Below are positions 9,318-17,640 of a stretch of DNA of 34,316 nucleotides, in pieces. The position numbers were made by a program, and so were the translations under genes. Source of the stretch: a virus (Duplodnaviria; Caudoviricetes). Below the pieces are notes generated by a model. It did not search any database and was not told the DNA's origin. It saw nothing but the letters and a program-made list of their open reading frames with translations. Numbering within the stretch: the first letter of the stretch is position 1; each line of letters begins with the position of its first letter. The DNA lies in the IMG/VR virus record IMGVR_UViG_3300032239_001102, positions 1-34,316 of that record, one strand, 5' to 3'.

Positions 9318-9777
9318 CGTACAACGAAGAAAACGTCTCCCACGCGAGCTCATGCACGAACCAGCACGGCGGCGGCTCTCGCGCAGGAGCTCCTCGCTCA
9401 GGCGCGTCACTCGCTTCGAGCCAGCCGAGGATCTCCATCGCTCGGCGATCACCCACGACTGCGACGACGAGGCGACGCTGCGCGATATCTCTCGGCGTGA
9501 TCTTGCAATGATTCCGCGAACGAGACCAGCGAACTTCGATGCGCGTGCCGTCGAGGTCAGGCACGGCGTAGACATCGACGCCTAGCGACGGCTTGAGTCC
9601 GAGCGCGACGGCGACGGCGACTTCGGCGCACGCGGCGTTGATGTGATTGTCGAGGAGCTGCCCCGGCCATGATTCGGCGAAAGCTGGGCGGCTTCGCTTC
9701 GCTTCCGCGCTGCGCTGACGAGCTTCGCCCGCGACTATCGCTTGCGCGACCTGCGCGTCATTCAGCAGCACCTTCAT
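9292..9777 (-). CDS. Hypothetical phage protein (161 aa), possibly PD-(D/E)xK-like
   Basis: Overlaps the terS end; AEVAVA...PDLDG..IEVR pattern resembles a degenerate PD-(D/E)xK core. Confidence 0.6.
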   Translation of the reverse strand: MKVLLNDAQVAQAIVAGEARQRSAEAKRSRPAFAESWPGQLLDNHINAACAEVAVAVALGLKPSLGVDVYAVPDLDGTRIEVRWSRSRNHCKITPRDIAQRRLVVAVVGDRRAMEILGWLEASDAPERGAPAREPPPCWFVHELAWETFSSLYVSRWKCER

Positions 9778-10246
9778 TTTGGCGAGTGCCGGCGAGCGCC
9801 GATGCCTCGAAGTTCGAGACGTTCGCGTTGATGATCTCGCGGATTTCTTCGAGAATTTCGCCGCCTTCGACGTTTGCTTCCGCGGCTGACTTGCCGGCGA
9901 CTCGCGGACCGAGTTCGACCTCGAGCTTGAGGCGCAGAAGCAAGTCGAGCTTCTGGCCCAGTAGGCCGAGCATTTCCTCGACGACTTCGCGGTCGATCAC
10001 ATCGCCACGCTCGCGGGCGATCTTAAGATCGCGGAGCTCGATGTCTCGGCGCAACAGGTCAGCGCGAAGCTGACCGAGTGAGCCATCTGAAATCCGATGC
10101 AAGCCCTGCGCTTCGGCCCACGCTTTGACCGCGTCCGCGCTTCCGCCGTTCGGAAACCCAGCCCGCTTGCGCCAGTTGCTCAACGTGCGGATGTTGATCC
10201 CAAGCTGCTCGGCTATGGCGATGAGTTCGGGCTTAGGCGCGGGCAT
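9758..10246 (-). CDS. Terminase small subunit, Nu1-like (162 aa)
   Basis: N-terminal winged HTH (IAEQLGINIRTLSNWRKRAGFP), coiled coil, ERGDVIDREVVE; lies just after the cos-like site. Confidence 0.8.
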   Translation of the reverse strand: MPAPKPELIAIAEQLGINIRTLSNWRKRAGFPNGGSADAVKAWAEAQGLHRISDGSLGQLRADLLRRDIELRDLKIARERGDVIDREVVEEMLGLLGQKLDLLLRLKLEVELGPRVAGKSAAEANVEGGEILEEIREIINANVSNFEASALAGTRQNEGAAE

Positions 10247-10327
10247 GATTTATCGGTCAATTTCGCAGGCGTAAGCGTTTCTCGGTGCGGAACTTTTGTA
10301 AAAAGCCCAAAACCGTTTTCTTGCGCG

Positions 10328-10370
10328 AGGTCTAACGCCCCGCGACGCTCCAATTGTAAAAAAAGATTCC
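10328..10370 (-). other. Putative cos site (cosN-like 10328-10340, cosQ-like 10364-10370)
   Basis: Minus strand CG GGGCGTTAGACCT CGCG versus lambda CG GGGCGGCGACCT CGCG; GGAATCT lies 23 nt upstream, as GGGTCCT does in lambda; intergenic, upstream of terS. Confidence 0.6.
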
Positions 10371-10514
10371 TTACCGGGGGTGGGGGGTATGGGGCTGTAT
10401 CCCCAATTCGCTTCGCAATCGTCCGCTGGCGTGCCCATTACAGCCATTCCTTTGGCTTTTACGGCCTTTTGCCGCTTCGCCCGTGTCATCACCGTGGGGT
10501 GGGTGCCTATGGCC

Positions 10515-10964
10515 TTATAACGCATCAGAATCGGCATTGCCTTCCATTGCCTGACGCAACCCATCTGCTGCCGACATAGCATCCTCCTTATGTCTAACTG
10601 TTTCTCGATAATTGCGCATTAACTCAGCCAATTCAGGAAAGCAAAGACCGATGGCCTTGAGATCCTGCTGCCATTGCCAATGCACCGCTTGTCGCGTGCA
10701 TCCGCGGTTCGCGGCCTGCTGCTCGTATGACGAGAGCAAGGCACCCGTGTTGCCTGAGCCAAACTGGAGCGCGATGAGGTAGGCGTGCGGGCTCAGGTCT
10801 GCCAGCGTTGCGAGGCGGCGCACCAAAGCTCCCGCGCTCCCATGCTTTGCCTCGTCCATCTCAAGCAGCCGCTCAAAGACCTCGGCCATCAGCTTGGCCT
10901 CGTCGCTTGCGCCGTCGTAGCGCACACGCGCCACCGGCACTTGGTTGAGCGTATACGTGACCAT
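10515..10964 (-). CDS. Sigma70 region-4-like HTH protein, candidate late-gene activator (149 aa)
   Basis: LADLSPHAYLIALQFG...SYEQQAANRGCTRQAVHWQWQQDLKAI follows the region-4 pattern of RpoD (LAGLTAREAKVLRMRFG...[27 protein letters not shown]); last early gene before cos/terS. Confidence 0.6.
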   Translation of the reverse strand: MVTYTLNQVPVARVRYDGASDEAKLMAEVFERLLEMDEAKHGSAGALVRRLATLADLSPHAYLIALQFGSGNTGALLSSYEQQAANRGCTRQAVHWQWQQDLKAIGLCFPELAELMRNYRETVRHKEDAMSAADGLRQAMEGNADSDAL

Positions 10965-10965
10965 G

Positions 10966-11220
10966 TTAAAGGCTCCTCAGCGGATTGTGGACGAGAGCCA
11001 GATCGTCATCGCTCAGACTCACATTGTTGAGTCCTTCCGCTTGCAAGACGCCCATCTGCTCGCGCTGTTGGATCGCAAGGATGATGCGACGCAACCGCTT
11101 CTTGCGTTCCGAGTATTCCTGCACGCGGCTCTTCTGATGCGACTCCAGCGTCGCAATCGCCCGGCTCGCCCTAGCGCTAAAGCGGAGCGCCTCTAGTTCT
11201 CGCTGTTCGGTCGTGTCCAT
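10966..11220 (-). CDS. Hypothetical coiled-coil protein (84 aa)
   Basis: Tightly packed ORF in the minus-strand operon. Confidence 0.65.
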   Translation of the reverse strand: MDTTEQRELEALRFSARASRAIATLESHQKSRVQEYSERKKRLRRIILAIQQREQMGVLQAEGLNNVSLSDDDLALVHNPLRSL

Positions 11221-11321
11221 GACTTCGTGTTTTTATTGCGCCCGCCGTTGGTCAATTTAGCGGTGAGCCGCTTGTGCTTCGACCATGCGTGTGCGCTGAT
11301 GTTTTTGGGTTTCTTGCTCAC
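11193..11321 (-). CDS. Small basic hypothetical protein (42 aa, GTG start; MSKKPKNISAHAWSKHKRL...)
   Basis: Read by hand; fills the gap between neighbouring ORFs; below the ORF-track cutoff. Confidence 0.4.
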   Translation of the reverse strand: MSKKPKNISAHAWSKHKRLTAKLTNGGRNKNTKSWTRPNSEN

Positions 11322-11328
11322 GCGGCTT

Positions 11329-11517
11329 TCAGTTCGCCCCACCGATTGTGATGTCAACGCATTTCCTAAGCGGTTCGCGTCCCTCTGCGTCCGCGATCAG
11401 TTGCTCGATATCGTTCTCGATTGTCTCCAACTTCTCCAGATCCACGCGCAACCGCCGTTGTATGATCGTGCGGGCGCGGAGTAATTCCATCAATTGCTGC
11501 TCATTGATTTCGTGCAT
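11329..11517 (-). CDS. Hypothetical protein (62 aa)
   Basis: Starts 1 nt after the helicase stop; helical composition. Confidence 0.6.
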   Translation of the reverse strand: MHEINEQQLMELLRARTIIQRRLRVDLEKLETIENDIEQLIADAEGREPLRKCVDITIGGAN

Positions 11518-11518
11518 T

Positions 11519-12886
11519 TTAGTTCCTCGGTTCCTCGAAGCGCGTGATTGCGCGACGAAAGGTTAATGCCTCGAAGCCCGTGCCATCATCGCGGCCCTTC
11601 GCTTGGATCGCCTTGATGAAGAAGCTAGGAACGTCGCTAACGTGCGCGGTTGCGTCCTGCTCGGTGTTCGTGACTGGGTTAGTACGCGGGCGATGAAGCA
11701 AAATGATCTTGTCCGCGTCCTGCTCAATGTCGCCGGACTCGCGCAAGTCCTCCATGCGCGGCTCGCGCTCTTCTTTCGCGGACTCGCGGTTCAACTGCGA
11801 GAGCATGAGCACGACGCAATTTTGTTCGCCCGCGAGACGCTTGAGCGCCCGCGATACGCGACCAACTGATTGCGCCCTGTTCTCGCCCTTGTCGGGGTTG
11901 CAATCGGTCATGAGTTGCAAGTAGTCGATGACGACGAGCCGCACCGGCGTCTGCTTTGCGCGGAGCACCTCACAGCGTGCCTGCATCGCCGCGAGCGTCA
12001 GCGAGGGCGACGCGATGACTTCAAGACGAGGCGTGTTCACCGCGTTCAGCGCCCTCCGAAATAAATCGATGTCCTTCGGGTGACTCTTGGTGTTCAGCGC
12101 GGAGAGCGAAACAGCCGATTCCGTCTGCGCCATCTTAAGCGCGAGTGATTTCCCCATGACCTCCATCGAGCAAAAGAGCACTTGCTGGCCGAGACGCAGC
12201 GCGGCGTGCGTTGCAATTTGGCCGGCGAGGGAAGATTTGCCGATGCTCGGGCGGGCTGCGAGAACGACTAGCTGACCGTTGCGCATCGGGCCAAAGGTCG
12301 CGTCGAGATGCGAGAACCCGAAACTGAGCTTGTCCTCCTCGGTGCGTTCCGCGTTCGGGTTGGTGCGACCTTCCAGCTCTTGGAGCGCGGCAGCGATCTC
12401 GTCGCTCCACGACGCTTCGGGCTTCGCGGCCTCAATTGCCATCACCGTCGCCGTTGCGCGACGCAGAATGGCGTCCGCGCTTTCCGTGCCCGCGTCCTTG
12501 ACCTGCTGCGCGATTTCGGTCGACGCGAACTGAAGCGAGCGCAACTTCGCACAATCGACTATCCGCTGCGCGAATATCTTCGCTCGTGCCGTCGTCGATG
12601 CGTTCGACGCCATTGCCGAAAGCTCGGCGCTCGTAATCTCAAGGAACTCGCCTTGAAGCTCCGAGATGCGCGGCTTGAGACGGATCCAAAGCGTTTCCGC
12701 ATCGACCGGTTCGGACGACTTGACCATCTCAAGGATCGTCTCAAACAGGATGCAGTATTTCGGGCTGGTGAATGTCGCGCTGGTCACGCCGAGCTTGAGT
12801 CCAGTCGAGAGCACTTCGGGCGCGTCCAGCATCGCGCACCGCAAGAACCCAAGCTCGGCGTCCGTGTCTTCTGTCGCGGCGATCAC
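11519..12886 (-). CDS. dnaB: DnaB-like replicative helicase (455 aa)
   Basis: AARPSIGKS Walker A, FCSMEV, VVIDYLQL Walker B, LSQLNRE, DLRESGDIEQDAD, KGRD. Confidence 0.95.
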   Translation of the reverse strand: MIAATEDTDAELGFLRCAMLDAPEVLSTGLKLGVTSATFTSPKYCILFETILEMVKSSEPVDAETLWIRLKPRISELQGEFLEITSAELSAMASNASTTARAKIFAQRIVDCAKLRSLQFASTEIAQQVKDAGTESADAILRRATATVMAIEAAKPEASWSDEIAAALQELEGRTNPNAERTEEDKLSFGFSHLDATFGPMRNGQLVVLAARPSIGKSSLAGQIATHAALRLGQQVLFCSMEVMGKSLALKMAQTESAVSLSALNTKSHPKDIDLFRRALNAVNTPRLEVIASPSLTLAAMQARCEVLRAKQTPVRLVVIDYLQLMTDCNPDKGENRAQSVGRVSRALKRLAGEQNCVVLMLSQLNRESAKEEREPRMEDLRESGDIEQDADKIILLHRPRTNPVTNTEQDATAHVSDVPSFFIKAIQAKGRDDGTGFEALTFRRAITRFEEPRN

Positions 12887-13527
12887 GGCGCGTCCTCACC
12901 TTCTGCGCCAAAGGCTGCGTTGGCTGATTCCGCGGCTTCGCGGGCGTAGCGTTCTTCCGCGCTTTCCTGTTTTTTTCCGTCGTTTTTTTGCTGCGGGTCT
13001 TGAACGCCGCCCCTAGCGGCGTTCGGTTCGGACCCTCGCGCGCGCGTTGATCTATGCTCAAGGGGGCTTGCGCCTTGGGGGCGCAGCCCCTTATCTTGAA
13101 GTAAGAAGTAAGAAGACTGAAGAGCATTCGTTTGGGATGTGGTCTGGGATGACTTTGGCATCGGTTGTGGCATATGCGGTGGCATCGTTTTGGCATCCGA
13201 TTTTGGCCGTTGCAACTCCTTGCCCCAACGTGCCTTTGCGTTAGAAGCCTGTTTGCGAGCGTACTTTTTTTGCTCTCGGCGCACCGCTTCGAGGCGCTGA
13301 TTTATGAGCAATCCGTCCTCGTTATGGGTGAACTTTTGTAGGACAAAAGCGAGGTCTTCGTCGGTGCATCCTGTGAGTTGTCGCATGATTCTGGCATCGT
13401 CTGGAATCGCACCGTGGCCCCATTGATGGCAGAGCAGTCGGATGAAGCCGCCGGTCTGCGCCGCGGTGAAGAAAGCGGTGCCGTGGAGGAAGTCATTTGC
13501 ATAGAACTGAAACGCTGGGGATTTCAT
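12883..13527 (-). CDS. Replication initiator, DUF1376/YdaU-like (214 aa; start MKSPAFQFY)
   Basis: PAFQFYANDFL...GGFIRLLCHQW..GAIPDD...LLINQRLE pattern; directly upstream of DnaB; contains iterons. Confidence 0.8.
   Translation of the reverse strand: MKSPAFQFYANDFLHGTAFFTAAQTGGFIRLLCHQWGHGAIPDDARIMRQLTGCTDEDLAFVLQKFTHNEDGLLINQRLEAVRREQKKYARKQASNAKARWGKELQRPKSDAKTMPPHMPQPMPKSSQTTSQTNALQSSYFLLQDKGLRPQGASPLEHRSTRARGSEPNAARGGVQDPQQKNDGKKQESAEERYAREAAESANAAFGAEGEDAP
13091..13196. other. Putative replication origin: six iterons plus an adjacent AT/purine-rich tract
   Basis: TGG(G/C)AT at 13133, 13145, 13156, 13168, 13180, 13191 (11-12 bp period) beside ttatcttgaagtaagaagtaagaagactgaaga, inside the initiator gene as for lambda O. 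Confidence 0.65.
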
Positions 13528-13678
13528 GGAATCAAAAGGAAAGCCGGTCAGCCTCGCGGGTGGAAATTGGCGCAACGACACGCCTCCGCGAAACTGACCG
13601 GCAAATTGATTTTGAACTTTGCATTGCTTAGGCTTTCCACGGCCCTTGCTTCTCACCGAAGCTGTTTGGCTTGCCTCG

Positions 13679-14149
13679 TCAACTCGTTTCCTCGCCCCGA
13701 TACTCGATGCGTAACGTGCAGTATGATTGCCCGGCGTCGATGCGCCAATGCTTGGATACTTGCAGCGAGACGACCTGCGAGTCGTCGCCCCAGTAGCGCC
13801 CTGACCGCGTGATCCGGTCGAGGATCAGCTTGGCGAGATTGTCTAGATCAGGCTTCTGAAGATGCGCCGGGCTGCGCTGTCGCTTCACGAGACCGCGAGC
13901 ATCGAAGTGCGATTTGGGTCGCTCAAAGACAAACTCCATCGCCACGGCAAACGGTCCTTCGCGGCTCTTAAGCTCGTTCGAGATCGCCCGCGTGAGCAGC
14001 GCACCGTCTACGGCACCCTTCCACTCATCGGCAACGTCCGAGTCATAGACGCGGGCAACGAACTTGCTGCCCATCCGGCGTGCGAAAGCCCGAGGCCGAG
14101 GTTGGCCCTTCGGGTCTCCAAAGATGGTCACTTCAATGAGCGTTGCCAT
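13679..14149 (-). CDS. rusA: RusA-like Holliday junction resolvase (156 aa; start MATLIEV)
   Basis: GDPKGQPRPR, FVFERPKSH, KPDLDNLAKLILD, WGDDSQVV. Confidence 0.92.
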   Translation of the reverse strand: MATLIEVTIFGDPKGQPRPRAFARRMGSKFVARVYDSDVADEWKGAVDGALLTRAISNELKSREGPFAVAMEFVFERPKSHFDARGLVKRQRSPAHLQKPDLDNLAKLILDRITRSGRYWGDDSQVVSLQVSKHWRIDAGQSYCTLRIEYRGEETS

Positions 14150-14366
14150 CGGCAATCCTTCTTTGCGCGATGAGATCGCGCTCAGACGGTGAAAGAATGA
14201 CGTTGGTCCACCCATTACGTTTTATCATAGTGTAGACCGTCGAAATGTTGATGTTGAGCTCGTAGGCAATGGCCTTCGCGTCGAATCCTCGTCGCAGCAT
14301 GGACATGACCTTGACCTCATTTTTTGAAGCGTCCTTGAAGATCCCGCCTCTTTTCGAGTTTGGCAT
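14133..14366 (-). CDS. Small HTH DNA-binding protein (start uncertain)
   Basis: LRRGFDAKAIAYELNINISTVYTMIKR is a clear HTH. Confidence 0.7.
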   Translation of the reverse strand: MPNSKRGGIFKDASKNEVKVMSMLRRGFDAKAIAYELNINISTVYTMIKRNGWTNVILSPSERDLIAQRRIADGNAH

Positions 14367-14496
14367 AGAAGATTGCGTCATTGATCCATTGTTCGTTGGC
14401 CCGCTTGAGTCCCTCGCTGCGTCCGATGCCGTAGCCGAGAAGGCCGGTGCCGAAGGACAGAAAGAATACGGACAGGATGATTGCTGCGTCGGTCAT
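14317..14496 (-). CDS. Small membrane protein (59 aa; MTDAAIILSVFFLSFGTGLLGYGIG...)
   Basis: Read by hand; ATGA overlap with the upstream ORF; one hydrophobic N-terminal helix. Confidence 0.6.
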   Translation of the reverse strand: MTDAAIILSVFFLSFGTGLLGYGIGRSEGLKRANEQWINDAIFYAKLEKRRDLQGRFKK

Positions 14497-14678
14497 AGAA
14501 GATCGCTTCGTTTTAGATTATCGCGCTTGCTCAGAAAATAGCGGAAGCCGGCTTCAATATCCTCGTAGAGTCCGAAGTGCTCGGAGAGCACGGTGCGCCC
14601 GTTTGCGTAAACCGTGTTCTTCGGTCGTCGGGAATTGTTCTTTAGCGACCGCAGTCGCGTGGTCTTCTTCATGCTCAT
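14493..14678 (-). CDS. Hypothetical protein (61 aa)
   Basis: ATGA-coupled on both sides. Confidence 0.6.
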   Translation of the reverse strand: MSMKKTTRLRSLKNNSRRPKNTVYANGRTVLSEHFGLYEDIEAGFRYFLSKRDNLKRSDLL

Positions 14679-14887
14679 TTTGATAGCTCCTTGTCGATGG
14701 CCTCGTTAAGTTTGCCATGTTCAATCTCCTCTCCGAAGAGTCGCTCCACTTCCTCGACGCTCAGATTGTCATCGAGCCAGCGCAGCCTTCGCTCCAGCGC
14801 ACGCATGGCGTCGGCTTTGACCTTGTAGTGCGGCCCAGTTTGGAACGAGTCCTTGATGGCTTCGTCGGTGATTGGTGTTTCACTCAT
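14675..14887 (-). CDS. Hypothetical protein (70 aa; start MSETPITD)
   Basis: ATGA-coupled; MSETP.TD...RALER is a recurring small phage-protein pattern. Confidence 0.65.
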   Translation of the reverse strand: MSETPITDEAIKDSFQTGPHYKVKADAMRALERRLRWLDDNLSVEEVERLFGEEIEHGKLNEAIDKELSK

Positions 14888-15165
14888 GCTTTTGTTGCGC
14901 GACGGTAAGACAGGAAACGCTCGCGCAGAGTCTCCCCAGTGACAACGATTGGTTTGTGTGGTGCCGCTGCTTTCGACCGAGGAGCACGCGGCTGAATTCC
15001 GCGGGCCTTGCGCTTCTCGGTCTGCCATGTGCGGGCGTAAGCATTGTACGCCTCACGGTTCTCTGAAACCCAGCGGCGCTGGTTCTCGCGGCGCTTGGCG
15101 CGGTTGCGCCTGCCGTACTCCGCAAAGTAGGCGCGCCGCTTATCATAGCGTTCGGCTTCGGTCAT
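14884..15165 (-). CDS. Basic hypothetical protein (93 aa)
   Basis: ATGA-coupled; Arg-rich helical repeats (Y.RRNR.K, W.SENRE). Confidence 0.65.
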   Translation of the reverse strand: MTEAERYDKRRAYFAEYGRRNRAKRRENQRRWVSENREAYNAYARTWQTEKRKARGIQPRAPRSKAAAPHKPIVVTGETLRERFLSYRRATKA

Positions 15166-15344
15166 GACTGCGCCTTTCTCGCGGCGTTCTGAATCAACGT
15201 CTGATATCTCGGACCTTTTCTGGTGCTAGTGTCCGATTTAGCAGACATTACCCGCAGCGCAGCGTTCTCACGATCTAGTTCCTCGGCGTAGTTTCGTAGC
15301 TCACCGAAGCATCGCTCGTTGAAAAGTCGATGCGCCTCGCTCAT
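15162..15344 (-). CDS. Hypothetical protein (60 aa; start MSEAHRL)
   Basis: ATGA-coupled to the exonuclease stop. Confidence 0.55.
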   Translation of the reverse strand: MSEAHRLFNERCFGELRNYAEELDRENAALRVMSAKSDTSTRKGPRYQTLIQNAARKAQS

Positions 15345-16177
15345 GGCTGGTCTCCTTTCGCATACCATTTAGGCAATCCGAGATGATGCAGCACCGGCTC
15401 GATGTTTGGCCAGTCGTTCGTCTGGATGCACTTGTTGAGCCGGCGCAGATCCGCGATGCTCTCATCGGTGCCGACGCTGACCGCCTCGTCGGAAAGCCGA
15501 TAGACCGCAACGCCGTACGGCTCGACCTTCTCGACGGCGATGAAAAAAAAGTCGAAGACGGCTCGCCCGAGGATCTCCGAGATCAGCGGGAGATAGAATC
15601 CCGCTTGACGATGGTATCCGAAGCGAAACACGGCTCGCTCGAAGTTCCCAAAGGCTCCGTCCTCGAGACTCTCAACGGTCTTAAGATCCGCAACGTAGGG
15701 TCTTCCAGTCGACAGAGCGCAGCCGTTTAGACTGAACCAGTCCGTGCGGCATTGCACCTTCAGCGCACCATCGTTGCGCCAAGATATCTCGGGTTGCCCG
15801 TCCGCAAGTAGATCCGAGGCGAGCGGATGTCCGCGCACCGCGTCGGTCATCTGCACGAGCGTCACCATCTCGTCCTCGTCGAGGAAAGTCTTGCCGGCAT
15901 GGTCGAACTCGAACTTGCCCCACGCTTCCTTGCCTTCCTTCGTGCGCCGATCGAGCCCGGCGGGCTTGGTCACGTAGCGGTTGGAAAACTCCTTCGGTTC
16001 AAGCACCGCGCAATGCGCCGCGGACCCGAGGCGAAACGCCGGGCTCGTCGGCGGTTGAAGATACGTGCCCGCGACGAACTTCTTGTAGTAGAGCGCCGGC
16101 CGACGGCGAAACGTCTCGAGCTTCGAGTGACTGATTGCCTTATTTGCGTGATACTCCGCGTTTGATTCAAAGATCAT
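15341..16177 (-). CDS. RecE/exonuclease VIII-like PD-(D/E)xK exonuclease, DUF3799 type (278 aa; start MIFESNAEYH)
   Basis: EYHA..AISHSKL, LGSAAHCAVLEP, DRRTKEGKE, CRTDW, DLKT, YHRQAGFY, FIAVEK.EPY. Confidence 0.9.
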   Translation of the reverse strand: MIFESNAEYHANKAISHSKLETFRRRPALYYKKFVAGTYLQPPTSPAFRLGSAAHCAVLEPKEFSNRYVTKPAGLDRRTKEGKEAWGKFEFDHAGKTFLDEDEMVTLVQMTDAVRGHPLASDLLADGQPEISWRNDGALKVQCRTDWFSLNGCALSTGRPYVADLKTVESLEDGAFGNFERAVFRFGYHRQAGFYLPLISEILGRAVFDFFFIAVEKVEPYGVAVYRLSDEAVSVGTDESIADLRRLNKCIQTNDWPNIEPVLHHLGLPKWYAKGDQP

Positions 16178-16448
16178 GTTGCGCCTCCAGCTCGTTGGCC
16201 TCGCGCAGAAGTTCCTTCGCCTGCTCGCGCTTGCGGGCGGCGAGCTCAAGCGGCATCGGGATTTTACTGCGTAATTGAGCATAGGCCGCGGGGATGGAGT
16301 TTCCTGCACCGATCTCGTATCGCCAATTATCCCAGCCGCTCACCTGCACGCCGCTCGAGAGAATGGCGAGTTGAAGATTTCGGATGCCGGTCTCGTCGAG
16401 TGCCCTCTGCTGATCGGCGATCCACGCTTGGACTTGTTCAAGGCTCAC
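16167..16448 (-). CDS. Hypothetical protein (93 aa)
   Basis: GTGA-coupled with GGAGG upstream. Confidence 0.65.
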   Translation of the reverse strand: MSLEQVQAWIADQQRALDETGIRNLQLAILSSGVQVSGWDNWRYEIGAGNSIPAAYAQLRSKIPMPLELAARKREQAKELLREANELEAQHDL

Positions 16449-16651
16449 GCGGCACCTCCTTTTTCCCTGTGCTGAATCATGGCATCGGCATCGGCATAGG
16501 CCAATGCAGCGAACTGTTGCGGTGATCCGTACATATTTGAGGCACGAGCACCTTGGAGAGAATATGCCGCGAAGTAGTCGCGCAGATTCGTGGTTATCAA
16601 CATTGAGGTAATCGAGAGTTTATCGACTTTTGATTGCTCCTTCTTTTTCAC
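16445..16651 (-). CDS. Small phage protein of the LRDYFAA...AYxxADAM family (68 aa, GTG start)
   Basis: LRDYFAAYSLQG and ALAYADADAMI motifs; GTGA-coupled. Confidence 0.75.
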   Translation of the reverse strand: MKKKEQSKVDKLSITSMLITTNLRDYFAAYSLQGARASNMYGSPQQFAALAYADADAMIQHREKGGAA

Positions 16652-16941
16652 GCGGCACCTCCGTCGATAGGCAGCTTGCTCTGGAGAGGGTCCACGACGG
16701 CTTCGCTCTCGTCCTTGTACCGAATGCTGTAACCGATTTTCACGGCGACGGTGGGTGCTTCGGCCAGCGCGTCCCATTCGACTGAGACCGTCACCTTGGC
16801 TTTCGGCTCGGCTTGCTGCTCGTCGTCAACGAAGCTCTCATCCGCAGCCTTGCGGATCGCATTGTAATGCGTTTCGAGGAGAGACTGGATCTGCTGGATG
16901 GCCGACGCAATCACGGCGGCACGTTTGATTTCTTCGCTCAT
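16648..16941 (-). CDS. Hypothetical protein (97 aa; start MSEEIKRAA)
   Basis: ORF following RecT with normal protein composition. Confidence 0.7.
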   Translation of the reverse strand: MSEEIKRAAVIASAIQQIQSLLETHYNAIRKAADESFVDDEQQAEPKAKVTVSVEWDALAEAPTVAVKIGYSIRYKDESEAVVDPLQSKLPIDGGAA

Positions 16942-16952
16942 GGTGGTGCGGG

Positions 16953-17612
16953 TTAGAGATTGGTGGTGAGCCCGGCGCTGACCTTTTCCTGTAGCGGCGT
17001 GACGTTTACCGGCTCCGCGGGCATATCCCGAGCCTCCTCGGCGGTGCGCAGACCCTTGAGCACATCGCCAAAGGTATCGCGCAGCACGAAGCCGCGAGCG
17101 CGGAACTTGAGCATCCGTCTCGGGTAATCCGTCCACGGACCGCTCTTGCCCCACAGCTTCGCCGCCTTGGCATCGGCGATGGTGAACGTCTCGAATTGGG
17201 CGCTCTGGCCCTTGCGCTTCACCGTGACCTTGAAACCATACGAGTCCTTACCGGCCTCGCCCACCTCGTCCTCCTTGTAGTCCTCAAGCTGGCCCGAGGA
17301 ACGCACTAGCGCCAGCGCCGCGTCTCCGAAAAGAGCTGGTCGGCCATTGACTACGGCGATGTTCTGGAGCCCGGCCATTGGCGTCAGGCCAAGCTCCGCG
17401 CCCCATTGCAACGCAATCAGCACGCTCTCGGGCTTCTCCATGCCGCGAGGAGCAAAGCCGCTTTCGCAGATAGCTTTGGCGAAGCGGAAGGCGTCCTCAA
17501 GCGAGGCAAGCTGCACGCCTGTTTGACCGAAGGTAATTGGTGACTTCGTCGCGGTCGGCTTGACGACGAGATCGGCTTGGGCGCTAGAGTCTTTGACGGT
17601 TTCGTTATTCAT
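16953..17612 (-). CDS. recT: RecT-family single-strand annealing protein (219 aa)
   Basis: GAELGLTPMAGLQNIAVVNGRPALFGD, AKLWGKSGPW..YPRRML..RARGF.LRD.F.DVLKG; near the RecE-like gene. Confidence 0.85.
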   Translation of the reverse strand: MNNETVKDSSAQADLVVKPTATKSPITFGQTGVQLASLEDAFRFAKAICESGFAPRGMEKPESVLIALQWGAELGLTPMAGLQNIAVVNGRPALFGDAALALVRSSGQLEDYKEDEVGEAGKDSYGFKVTVKRKGQSAQFETFTIADAKAAKLWGKSGPWTDYPRRMLKFRARGFVLRDTFGDVLKGLRTAEEARDMPAEPVNVTPLQEKVSAGLTTNL

Positions 17613-17640
17613 GATCGCTGTTTTGTGTTTTTGGTTTTGG

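Noticed and set aside
10247-10261. ATTGACC before terS as a copy of the late motif
   Set aside because: Only 8 nt from ATG, mismatched at both ends and lacking the RC dinucleotide
10575-10597. TTAGACA followed by TAAGGAGG and ATG; ORF 10250-10582
   Set aside because: Lies inside the sigma-4-like gene, lacks RC, and gives either a 20-aa in-frame tail or an implausible ORF running across cos
13133-13196. Short periodic repeats as a CRISPR array
   Set aside because: 6-bp units with 5-6 bp spacers are far too small and there are no cas genes; iterons fit better
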